Assembly: GCA_965223295.1 (NCBI GenBank)
Contig: CBDCWC010000002.1
Coordinates: 480,001 to 544,000 of the forward strand
Length of the DNA stretch: 64,000 bases
DNA from: Nitrospirales bacterium
GTDB taxonomy: Bacteria > Nitrospirota > Nitrospiria > Nitrospirales > UBA8639
Reading direction: 5' to 3'
Shown: in pieces, positions 40,801-48,528 of the stretch
Layout: each line of letters begins with the position of its first letter
Position numbering within the stretch: the first letter of the stretch is position 1
Notes under the pieces: generated by a model
The model's input: the letters and a program-made list of their open reading frames with translations, nothing else
Told to the model about the DNA's origin: nothing
Databases searched by the model: none
Translations under genes and position numbers: made by a program

Positions 40801-40939
40801 TATGGGGAGTAGTACGCTCTCCCGGACGGTCTCAAATATACCGACAAACGGCCAGCCAGTGTGGGTACGGCTGTGGTGGAAGACCGGGGGTGTCTGGCAG
40901 TCAGAGGACTATGCCTATACTGCTGCAACTTCTCAATAA
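37862..40939 (+). CDS. Large secreted modular protein: FN3, 3 Big-type Ig domains, LamG-like, PKD/Ig-like and 3 C-terminal 97-aa repeats
   Basis: GGAGGT RBS, signal peptide, DLAGY..YYFAVTA, PTVxLTxP...GVQF repeats, TVEAWVNP, QHMVYT. Confidence 0.85.
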   Translation: MSNVLSHPFIQKTLVGFGLLFSLVLFSAPVQSAETLQWDENTEPDLAGYIVYQGTTAGSYETPIDVGNVTSYTVSDLEPDTTYYFAVTAHDTGGNESGPSNEVSIHVAAPPDDTSPTVMLTSPTSGSTLSGTVMLQAEASDDTGVAGVQFKMNGTNWGAEDTTAPYVMAWDTTTVTPGAYTLTAVARDAAGNTASSISVQVTVTETEGGSRVTAGLVALYEFTEGAGATVADTSGMGTPLDLTIADVNDVTWRPGVGALQVNAETIVSSDGPATKVHTALMASNAVTVEAWVNPANLTQNGPARIVSLSASPYLRNLTLGQGVFSSASDRLEVRLRTSSTSLNGTPAVPTAEGTLADRLQHMVYTRDAAGNVKIYLDNTILATSTVGGDFSTWDTTMPLVLANEVNGERAWLGEYHLVAIYDMALTTAQVTQNFTAGPRGKGGATNQAPTVTAGLDQAVTLPTAVTLDGTVTDDGLPTPPMVSTLWSVTSGPGPVTFGAATSVDTTASFTVAGVYVLRLTADDGELTAFDEVMVHMAAPPDETPPTVALTAPTAGATLTGTVTVRADASDNRGVVGVQFQMNGTNWGTEDATTPYSRVWDTSTATPGAYTITAVARDAAGNASTSVPVTVHIAAPPDEMPPTVVLTAPTAGATLTGTVTLQAAANDDQGVAGVQFQMNGTNWGAEDTTAPYSRVWDTSTATPGAYTVTAVARDVAGNTGTSAPVTVHIAAPPPPAQLPTLTSPEVGSILSGSTIKLSWNPNTTSVSEWWLYVGSKQGSKDILNTGSMASSTLSRTVSNLPTNGQPVWVRLWWKSGGGWQSEDYAYTAASVTNSTPAISSPAAQSTFADSTVTFKWTPHTTAVSEWWLYVGSKQGSKDILNTGSMASSTLSRTVSNLPTNGQPVWVRLWWKSGGGWQSEDYAYTAASVTNSTPAISSPAAQSTFADSTVTFKWTPHTTTVSEWWLYVGSKKSSKDIFNSGSMGSSTLSRTVSNIPTNGQPVWVRLWWKTGGVWQSEDYAYTAATSQ
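40070..40927 (+). repeat. Three tandem 291-bp intragenic repeats
   Basis: gagtggtggctgtacgtcggcagc recurs at 40160, 40451 and 40742. Copies 1 and 2 are nearly identical. Confidence 0.95.
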
Positions 40940-41498
40940 ATAGAATGCATTGGGGAGCCGAGGGTAACTCGGTTCCCTGTGCGATGGCGAGAGAGATGAT
41001 CGGAGCGACCCTGAGGCACGCTCTGTGAAAGCCCTAGATCGAGAGGTCCTTGCGATAACCCTATAGCTTCCCGACTCTCTACAAGAATGATTTTGGAAAA
41101 AATTAAAGCCTCATGGCATAACTTTAGAAGTTGAGTCAAAAGATTTTGAGCTGTATTTTGGCACGAGGAGAAAGTGTATAGGTATTTATTAAATAGATAG
41201 AAGATCTTCCTAATTAATCCTTAAAAGATTTTTGTATAGTGAATATTGACACAAAAAAACTTTAAGCTAGCATTTCATATAGTTAAAAAATAGACTGTTG
41301 GCATCATCTAGAATTAGCCTGTTTAGGCTCCTTCCGTTTTAATTTTTTTCTTCATTATCGTTCTACAATTTCTGCTTTTTATTTTCAGGAATTCTGCTGT
41401 TTCTTTCCTTCAGTATTATCTTTTTTTCCCGAAAGATAAATGCAGACGTTAGTTTTTGGAATTGTAGCGAAAAATCTCTTCTAAAATTCAATTTTCAA

Positions 41499-41612
41499 GG
41501 TCTTTTCCCGATAAGGGAAGACTCATTGTGAGGTGAGGACGCAAAGCCACGGGTCAGTACCACTAAGAGCTGGGTTTTCGAATGATGAGAAGACGTGGAG
41601 GCGAGGCCTTTC
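41499..41612 (+). ncRNA. c-di-GMP-I-like riboswitch, variant or degenerate copy
   Basis: Paralog of 37729-37845, but GGGAAGAC replaces GGGCAAAC and GGGTTTTCG replaces GGGTTACCG. Confidence 0.8.
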
Positions 41613-41628
41613 CCCAGGGAGGTATTTC

Positions 41629-42252
41629 ATGTTCAATGTTTACTCGAAACCTTCTATTCAAAAATCCTTGGTTGTATTTGGGTTGTGGTGTGGTCTGATT
41701 CTTTTCCCTGCATCCGTTCAATCTGCCGAAACGTTGAAATGGGATGCGAATACTGAAACAGATTTAGCTGGATACATTCTTTATCAAGGTATAACAGAAG
41801 GGTCCTATGAAACTCCGATAGATGTCGGGAATGTCACAAGTTACACGGTGTCGGATCTTGAACCTGGTATGACTTACTATTTTGCGGTCACGGCTTATGA
41901 TACAGGTGGGAACGAAAGTGGTCCTTCCAATGAAGTGAGTGTATACAATGCGGCTGCCACTTCTCAGCTATCAGTATCTGTGAGTGGTAATGGCATTGTT
42001 GTTAGCAATCCCGGTGGAATCCGTTGTGCAAGTGGCATTTGTTCCGCTTCCTATGAGACTGGTAGCGTCATTTCGTTAACACCTGAAGCCAGTCATAAGT
42101 GGAGTTTTTCTGGTTGGACTGGCGCATGTAGTGGAAGTGGGGAGTGTGTGGTTCAGCTGTCGAAAGACCAGGTTGTGGAGGCTATTTTTTCTAAGACTAG
42201 TCCTGGAGGGGGAGGGAAAGGCGGTGGAAGAGGCGGTGGGCGAAATAAGTGA
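41629..42252 (+). CDS. Secreted FN3 + InlB B-repeat-like protein with Gly/basic tail
   Basis: GGAGGT RBS; signal peptide and FN3 paralogous to the 37862 gene; FSGWTGACSG; tail PGGGGKGGGRGGGRNK. Confidence 0.85.
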   Translation: MFNVYSKPSIQKSLVVFGLWCGLILFPASVQSAETLKWDANTETDLAGYILYQGITEGSYETPIDVGNVTSYTVSDLEPGMTYYFAVTAYDTGGNESGPSNEVSVYNAAATSQLSVSVSGNGIVVSNPGGIRCASGICSASYETGSVISLTPEASHKWSFSGWTGACSGSGECVVQLSKDQVVEAIFSKTSPGGGGKGGGRGGGRNK

Positions 42253-42494
42253 ATTCTTTGAAGAGAGATCATGGTCGAATTGCAACGGATTGTTAAGGAA
42301 AATGTTTTCACGAAAGCGTAAAAATGAAATTGCCTTGTGCACGAGTAGAGGTACCCTTGTCTAGTCGACTTCGTTTTTCTAGACCTGACCGTTCCTATTT
42401 TATTTTCATAATCTTTCTATAAAATTTATCGTAGAATCATTCAGGAGGGCTTAAAGAGTTTGAATGTCTATTACGTCTTTTGGCGGGTAGCAAT

Positions 42495-42593
42495 GTGAAC
42501 AATTAACGTCTAATCTTGAGGGTGAACGCACATCCTCCTGTGTGTGGCCAGAGGAAGGTTGATTTCGATCAATCGGCCTCTGGCCATTTTTTT
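42495..42593 (+). ncRNA. Candidate sRNA with anti-SD (CCUCCU) loop and intrinsic terminator
   Basis: gcacat-CCTCCT-gtgtgt hairpin (42528-42545) abutting a long UUCG-capped stem tggccagagg...cctctggcca followed by T7. The 5' end is a guess. Confidence 0.5.
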
Positions 42594-42869
42594 ATCCTGC
42601 CGACCTGTCTTTCCTGCCCTAACTAACTTTGGAAAATGATCTACAATCATTCATGCTTCTCAGCCCCATAAGCATCAGAGGACAGACGCAAGTGAACTCA
42701 TCACACCCTCATAGTGCTCGTGGCTTCATGAAAGTAAATCCCTAGGTGGCGGTAGGATCTTAGCTAGATAGAAGAGCAAAATTTGAAAATAGTCCTATGG
42801 GCGGGTTGGAAAGAAGGTAGAGGGGCAATATGCTCTGAAAATACATTCCTTTTATACCCATATATAGAT

Positions 42870-42912
42870 GGGGGCTGCTTGGATAGAGCTATATTCAGGT
42901 GGCTCCTTTTTT
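42870..42912 (+). terminator. Terminator-like hairpin in the leader of the STAS gene
   Basis: ggggctgcttgga...ttcaggtggctcc followed by T6, ~20 nt before ATG 42934. Confidence 0.45.
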
Positions 42913-42933
42913 ATTGCAGGAAGGAATAATACA

Positions 42934-43287
42934 ATGCCAAAGAAAGAACATGTCATGCGTTGGAGTTTCCAAGTCTTCCCACATGCCATTCTCATTCGAA
43001 TCTTTGGAGTTATGGATCAAACATTAAGTCAGATGTTCGAAGAGGCTACGGAACGTGCGATGAAATTCAATGATCGACAAGTGGTGATTGACTTTTCTGA
43101 TGTTGAAGCTGTGGATCCTATCGGGCTGGTGCTCTGTGGGTATGGCCTCCATCATTTTCAACAACTCAGCATTCCTGTAGCACTGGTACGACCTCCTGCT
43201 TCTCTCCTTCCTGTTTTGAAGGAACATGGTTTGCCTGAAATTCCTCAAGTGTTCCAACAAAAAGAGCTTGTAACTGGGCGTAATTAA
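42934..43287 (+). CDS. STAS-domain protein (anti-sigma factor antagonist-like)
   Basis: VVIDFSDVEAVDPIGL; GGAAGG RBS. Confidence 0.75.
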   Translation: MPKKEHVMRWSFQVFPHAILIRIFGVMDQTLSQMFEEATERAMKFNDRQVVIDFSDVEAVDPIGLVLCGYGLHHFQQLSIPVALVRPPASLLPVLKEHGLPEIPQVFQQKELVTGRN

Positions 43288-43335
43288 TCTCTTGACTTAG
43301 TTATTCAAGAAATATTGAAAAGCCTGAAGTTTGTC

Positions 43336-43375
43336 AAAAAAAAGCGGGACTTGGCTGAAGCCAAGTCCCGCTTTC
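43336..43375. terminator. Bidirectional intrinsic terminator
   Basis: aaagcgggacttggc-tgaa-gccaagtcccgcttt with an A8 run, between convergent genes. Confidence 0.85.
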
Positions 43376-43396
43376 TAAGCTAATTATTAACAGGTT

Positions 43397-44281
43397 TTAA
43401 AGTCGTCGTAATGCCTCTATTCGATCTTCGATGGGAGGATGTGTGGAGAAAAGCTGCATGAAACTTTGGGATTGTCCAGAAATTTTCATGGTGGCTAACG
43501 CATCCTGAGAACTATATTCAAACTGAGCACGCTGCACCCATCGGTCAATGCCCTCGAGGGCGGAAATCATATATTGGCTTCCGACGGTATTTGCCGCAAA
43601 ACGATCCGCTGCGAATTCCCGTCTTCTTGACCACCAGCTAATGGGGATCATAGCCAAGAAGGAGAGGATAATTTGCAGGAAGATATAGGAAGCAAATCCG
43701 AGCATTGCGTTGCGCTCAGCAATCTGTCGATACACCATCCGACTGATAAAATAGACAAACGTATTCATGAGCCCGGCAAGGACTGTTGTGGTAAACATAT
43801 CGCCGTTATAGACATGGCCCATTTCATGGGCGATCACGGCCCTCACTTCTCCCTCATTTAAATAGTTCATGAGCCCTGTTGAAACGGCAACCATGGAGTT
43901 GTTTTTTGAAGGTCCAGTCGCAAAAGCATTGGGGTCGGGGGAGTCATAGATCCAGACTTCCGGCATGGTGATATCTAACTTTGCGGAAATCTTTTGAACC
44001 GTTTCATAGAGCATGACTTCTGCCTGAGTACGTGGTTCGGTGATTTGCCTACAGTCAATGAAAGCTCTGGCCATTTGCTTAGAAAAGGCTAAGCTAATAA
44101 ATGCTCCACCGAACCCTAAGACAAAGGCCCATAATAAGTCTTGCTGAGCGATAGATCCTCGGAGGTCAATGCCAAAAGCCGGAAGGACAAATTCTGACAA
44201 GACCGTAAAAGAAATAGATAGGGTGATGAAAATAAGGATATTGGCGACCAGTAACAACCCAATTCCTTTAAGCTTTTTCAT
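43397..44281 (-). CDS. htpX: Protease HtpX (M48 zinc metalloprotease)
   Basis: PNAFATG, AHEMGH, SRRREFAAD, STHPPIEDRI; GGAG RBS before ATG 44281. Confidence 0.95.
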   Translation of the reverse strand: MKKLKGIGLLLVANILIFITLSISFTVLSEFVLPAFGIDLRGSIAQQDLLWAFVLGFGGAFISLAFSKQMARAFIDCRQITEPRTQAEVMLYETVQKISAKLDITMPEVWIYDSPDPNAFATGPSKNNSMVAVSTGLMNYLNEGEVRAVIAHEMGHVYNGDMFTTTVLAGLMNTFVYFISRMVYRQIAERNAMLGFASYIFLQIILSFLAMIPISWWSRRREFAADRFAANTVGSQYMISALEGIDRWVQRAQFEYSSQDALATMKISGQSQSFMQLFSTHPPIEDRIEALRRL

Positions 44282-44345
44282 AGACAATCTCCTCTAGATT
44301 GATTAAACGCATCGGTGATCTTCCCCTATAACATCGGACACAGCG

Positions 44346-45200
44346 TTAAGCTACCCGTTCAAATACAATCGGGATCTGCTGTCCAATAGCCGAATGCCTT
44401 CTCCGGCGATTGTAATACGTTTCAATATACTCAAAAATACTGATCTTCGCCGTCTGTCGCGTCGGGTACGGCACTCGATGAATCAGTTCGACTTTCAGTG
44501 TATGGAAGAAACTCTCTGTGACGGCGTTATCATAACAAGTCGCTCGTCGTCCCATGCTACAACGCAACTGACTGTTTGCAATCAATTGTTGATAGCGTGT
44601 TGAGCAATACTGGCTTCCACGATCAGAGTGGAGGATGGTGCCTTTGGGAAAGCCACGACGGAACAACGCCATGCTTAGGGCATCACATACCAGTTGTTGC
44701 GTCATGCGTTGGTTCATCGACCACCCTACAATCGCTCGTGAATACAAATCCATCACGACCGCGAGATAGAGCCAACCCTCGTGCGTCCACACATAGGTGA
44801 TGTCACTGGTCCACTTCTGATTTGGGGCCTCAGCCCGAAAGTCCTGTTCCAGCAGATCGGGGGCGACTGGGTTGGAGTGTTTCGAGTTGGTTGTGGCTTT
44901 AAATTTCTTCGCCTGAATCGCTTTGAGTCCCAGAGCCTGCATTCGTCGGGCCACGCGATGCTCGCTACACTTGCGGCCCTCATGGTGTAAAGTCTTCGTG
45001 ATCCGTGGCGCGCCATACCGTTGGCGGTGCTCAGTAAAGATTTCGCGTATCCGTCGATCAAGTTGATGATTCGAGTGCTCCGGCGGACTCTGGCCACGTG
45101 CGGCCCAGTCATAATAGCCACTGCGAGAGACGTTCAGAACCCCACACATGAGGGTGACAGGCCAGGCCTTCTTCTGTTTCTCGATGAATCGATACCTCAT
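44346..45200 (-). CDS. IS3 transposase OrfB (DDE integrase core)
   Basis: WTSDITY, LHSDRGSQY, DNAVTESFF; ATGA overlap with orfA. Confidence 0.96.
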   Translation of the reverse strand: MRYRFIEKQKKAWPVTLMCGVLNVSRSGYYDWAARGQSPPEHSNHQLDRRIREIFTEHRQRYGAPRITKTLHHEGRKCSEHRVARRMQALGLKAIQAKKFKATTNSKHSNPVAPDLLEQDFRAEAPNQKWTSDITYVWTHEGWLYLAVVMDLYSRAIVGWSMNQRMTQQLVCDALSMALFRRGFPKGTILHSDRGSQYCSTRYQQLIANSQLRCSMGRRATCYDNAVTESFFHTLKVELIHRVPYPTRQTAKISIFEYIETYYNRRRRHSAIGQQIPIVFERVA

Positions 45201-45493
45201 GTGGGTTCCTTGGCAAAGAAGGCCGTGGCTTTTTTTAAGATGTCTCGCTCCATCCGAAGGCGCCGGTTCTCAACTTCGAGCTCATAGATCCGCTGTTGCT
45301 CAGCGGTGCGTTTCCCTTGGCCAGGAAAGGCTTCCGCTTTATGAGTATCCAGTTCATCCTTCCACCGCCTAATCATACCCCCACTTACGTCTAAACTACG
45401 GCCGGCGGCCGCATAACTGTACCCATGCTCTACAACTAACGCCACCGCTTCGTACTTAAATTCTGGACTGTGATACCTACGTAATCGCTTCAT
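45197..45493 (-). CDS. IS3 transposase OrfA (HTH)
   Basis: EFKYEAV, ENRRLRMERDILKKA. A7 slippery site at 45230-45236, with the -1 frame open into orfB. Confidence 0.95.
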   Translation of the reverse strand: MKRLRRYHSPEFKYEAVALVVEHGYSYAAAGRSLDVSGGMIRRWKDELDTHKAEAFPGQGKRTAEQQRIYELEVENRRLRMERDILKKATAFFAKEPT

Positions 45494-45770
45494 TCAATAC
45501 CTCGTTTCGAATTATTATATAATTCTTAACTCGGTGTCCGATATTCCATGGGAAGATCACGGTAACCGACGGTGTTTGATCCTCAAATATCATATAAATG
45601 AACGAATAGTGGTTGTACGACATAGGAAGCGAAGGTGATCGTATACTTTAACTTTTACCTGCTCGTACATAAAAGATAACCATGAAAACGGGAAAGTCAA
45701 GAATGTGAATGAGATGACCATTCTTTGTGGAATCGTTATGATAGCTCTATAATTTCTCAAAACCTCTCTG

Positions 45771-46193
45771 ATGCGACCTTCTTCCTATTATACACGATTT
45801 TTTCTTGGAATGGTCTTGTCCGCTTTCTTCTGGAGCTCAGAAAATCAAACACATGCGCAAGAACCCTTTCAAGAGGGTGCCCGATCAAGTCGGCTACAGA
45901 TTTTGATTAGTATGGAAAGTTATGTCTTTACGCCTTCTGAAACTGTGGTAGGTGCTGGACAGTCGTTAGCGCTGATCTTACACAATCAGTCGTTCCTGGT
46001 CCCCCATAATTTTTTGTTGGATGATCCTCACGGGGTGCGCGTACTAGAAGCTGACCTTTCCAGTGGGGAAAGTCAGACTCATGTCCTGACGTTGACGGAG
46101 CCGGGGGTCTATTCCTTTTATTGTGACAAACAATTACTGTTTTTCCCAAGTCATCGTGAAGAAGGTATGGAAGGTCGTCTCATCGTTCAGTAA
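45771..46193 (+). CDS. Periplasmic cupredoxin-domain protein
   Basis: Signal peptide; PHNF...FYC...H...GM type-1 Cu ligands. Confidence 0.85.
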   Translation: MRPSSYYTRFFLGMVLSAFFWSSENQTHAQEPFQEGARSSRLQILISMESYVFTPSETVVGAGQSLALILHNQSFLVPHNFLLDDPHGVRVLEADLSSGESQTHVLTLTEPGVYSFYCDKQLLFFPSHREEGMEGRLIVQ

Positions 46194-46196
46194 CGT

Positions 46197-47237
46197 ATGT
46201 CCCTGTCTCCATCTGACCGACTGCTGTTGGGAGACGTGCTCAAGGGCGTTTCCCGTTCTTTCTATCTGACTCTCGCCATTTTGCCTCAAGCTGTTCGTGC
46301 TCAAATTGGGTTAGCGTATCTGTTTGCGCGTGCCGCTGATACGATTGCCGATACAGGCGATTTAGATAATAGTGTGCGATTACAGTGTTTACAGAAATTG
46401 AAACAACAATTTAGAAATGAAACTCCTACTTGGCCGCATATTCAAAAAATCCAAGCGCAGGTCATTACAAAACAATCCGATCCAGATGAACGTCGGCTCT
46501 TAGAAAAACTCGAGCAATGTTTTCGGCTGTATCAAGGGGCGACCAGTTCTGATCAGTTTCAGATTGGACAGGTGGTATCCACGCTTATTGGTGGAATGGA
46601 ATTTGATTTGCAACAATTTCATCAAGGTGATGAAGGAACGGTTAGAGCTTTAGCGGATATCCCTGACTTTGAATATTATACTTATGCCGTAGCTGGTTGT
46701 GTGGGGGAGTTCTGGACAAAAATGATGTGTGCCCATCTCTCAGGAATGCGGTCTTGGAATCTGGCCCACATGATCCCGTTGGGGATTCGTTATGGGAAGG
46801 GACTTCAAATGATCAATATTCTTCGAGACTTACCTCGGGATTTGCAAAATGGGCGGTGTTATATCCCGCAAGTCCTCCTCAAAAAACATAATCTTTCACC
46901 TGAGCAACTTCTCAGTCCAGCATCGGCTCAGGCTTTTCGACCAGTGTTTCGACAATTGATTCAAGAGGCGAGGGAGCATTTGGATCAAGGTTGGCGATAT
47001 ACAATGGAGATTCCCCGCTTGGAAATTCGTTTGCGCTTGGCTTGTATGTGGCCTTTGTTAATTGGAATTCGCACCTTGCAAGCCCTCTCGATGAGCCCTC
47101 ATTTCCTCAATCCTGAATCGCCTATTAAGGTTACACGTCGTGATGTCTATGGAATTGTGGCTGCAACGGGAATCACAGGAGGTTGTCGCTCTCTGGGGGC
47201 AGCGTATTGGGGGTACTGGCGGAAACGGATTGTCTAA
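46197..47237 (+). CDS. Squalene/phytoene synthase family protein
   Basis: VSRSF, RAADTIAD, YTYAVAGCVG, GLQMINILRD. Confidence 0.9.
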   Translation: MSLSPSDRLLLGDVLKGVSRSFYLTLAILPQAVRAQIGLAYLFARAADTIADTGDLDNSVRLQCLQKLKQQFRNETPTWPHIQKIQAQVITKQSDPDERRLLEKLEQCFRLYQGATSSDQFQIGQVVSTLIGGMEFDLQQFHQGDEGTVRALADIPDFEYYTYAVAGCVGEFWTKMMCAHLSGMRSWNLAHMIPLGIRYGKGLQMINILRDLPRDLQNGRCYIPQVLLKKHNLSPEQLLSPASAQAFRPVFRQLIQEAREHLDQGWRYTMEIPRLEIRLRLACMWPLLIGIRTLQALSMSPHFLNPESPIKVTRRDVYGIVAATGITGGCRSLGAAYWGYWRKRIV

Positions 47238-47242
47238 ATGCT

Positions 47243-47521
47243 TTATTCTTGTTTGGGGCCCAGGAGCTTTTCCCCTTTACGGAATACGCCATAAATAGCT
47301 TGAGTGGGACAGGCATCCAGGCAGAGTCGGCAGGATTCCAAGCATCGGGAAGAATCAAATTTGTAGGGAGGGGTTGAAAGCCAGGACCCGGTTGGACATA
47401 CCGGAATGCAAATCCCATTATGGGTGCAGCGGTCGGGGTTTCTGAGTAAATGATCTCTTCTTACCATCATGGGGCTGACTCCTTCAAATAAAGCTCCAGA
47501 AAACATTTCTAACATATTCAT
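47243..47521 (-). CDS. 4Fe-4S dicluster-type ferredoxin
   Basis: CTHNGICIPVCP and CLESCRLCLDACP. Confidence 0.85.
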   Translation of the reverse strand: MNMLEMFSGALFEGVSPMMVRRDHLLRNPDRCTHNGICIPVCPTGSWLSTPPYKFDSSRCLESCRLCLDACPTQAIYGVFRKGEKLLGPKQE

Positions 47522-47955
47522 GAGCGAGGCCCTTCATGATCCCACTGATTAACTAATTTTCGAATATGGGATTTGAGTTCAGGAATACGTTCAAGGTTAT
47601 TATCGATGGCATTCATAATGTTTTTCAAACGTGCTGCTCGTCCAGCTTCTCGATCAGCTTCTGTGAGCCGGTCGTATTCATGAAAGGCTTCAGCATGTGT
47701 TGATTCAAGCTGTGGGCGTGCGGCTAAAAGGCCCGCAGTCACCATTTGAGGTTCGGTATGCACCGGAGGCGTCACAATAAATTTTCCCTGAGAAAGGAGT
47801 AACACGGTATGGAGGTCTTGCTCCGGAATGGGAATAACCTGTTCAATGGTCGAGCCGATGCTCTTGTCCCATGATGAGACCCATCCGGGGAAGGTTTGTA
47901 AGTATGCCACTTTTTCTAAGTTGGCTTGCCATTTGGCTTCATTGGTCATGAGCAA
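47518..47955 (-). CDS. Hypothetical protein
   Basis: ORF lies between two ferredoxin genes and overlaps the downstream one (ATGA). Confidence 0.7.
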   Translation of the reverse strand: MLMTNEAKWQANLEKVAYLQTFPGWVSSWDKSIGSTIEQVIPIPEQDLHTVLLLSQGKFIVTPPVHTEPQMVTAGLLAARPQLESTHAEAFHEYDRLTEADREAGRAARLKNIMNAIDNNLERIPELKSHIRKLVNQWDHEGPRS

Positions 47956-47991
47956 GATCGTTAGGACTTGTCAGTCAGTAAGTATAAGATA

Positions 47992-48336
47992 TTACGATTT
48001 GACCAATGGGAGGGAGCCATTTTTTCCAGGCATGAGGAGCCGTTCCACAATTTCCCCTTTGCCGATGTGCCGTTCCATAATTTCAGTGACATCGGCTTGG
48101 CTGCCAACCCAGTACCAGACACCTTCTGGGTAAATGACGACACTCGGTCCATATTCGCATTGATCAAGACAGCCAGCTTTATTGGCACGCACGATGCCTT
48201 TTAAGCCTAAACGCTCAACCTCTTTTTTAAAAAAGGCATGCAACCCGATAGATCCCAGTGCGGCACAACATCCTCTGGGATCTCCCTTAGGCCGTTCATT
48301 CAGGCAGATAAAAATATGGTGAGTAAATTTACTCAT
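47992..48336 (-). CDS. Thioredoxin-like [2Fe-2S] ferredoxin
   Basis: HIFICLNER..GCC, RANKAGCLDQCEYGP..YPEGVWY. Confidence 0.92.
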   Translation of the reverse strand: MSKFTHHIFICLNERPKGDPRGCCAALGSIGLHAFFKKEVERLGLKGIVRANKAGCLDQCEYGPSVVIYPEGVWYWVGSQADVTEIMERHIGKGEIVERLLMPGKNGSLPLVKS

Positions 48337-48528
48337 TTTGAAGCAAATTCATTGATTATTTTCAGGAATTTTCCGATAAAGAACTGAGGCAATCTTACCT
48401 GAGCATTCAGGAAGCTGTCTAGGAGAGAAACACATGGGCGCACAGGTGTTCTCGACACGTTGGTCGGGACGGCAGCTGAGGTAGTTGTCAGGACATCGTA
48501 TCTTAGAACATGGGAAAGGAGTCTAGCC

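Larger units (their letters stand above)
44316..45559 (-). mobile_element. Complete IS3-family insertion sequence (1244 bp)
   Basis: TG...CA ends; ~35-bp imperfect IRs tgatcttccc...atcggacac; 3-bp target duplication CGG (44313-44315 / 45560-45562); orfA/orfB. Confidence 0.96.

Noticed and set aside
40070-40927. Regular repeats as a possible CRISPR array
   Set aside because: The units are 291 bp, in frame within a CDS, with no unique spacers and no cas genes in the window.
41533-41628. N-terminal extension of ORF 41533-42252 (and of 37844)
   Set aside because: It overlaps the riboswitch. The GGAGGT RBS and paralog alignment place the starts at 41629 and 37862.
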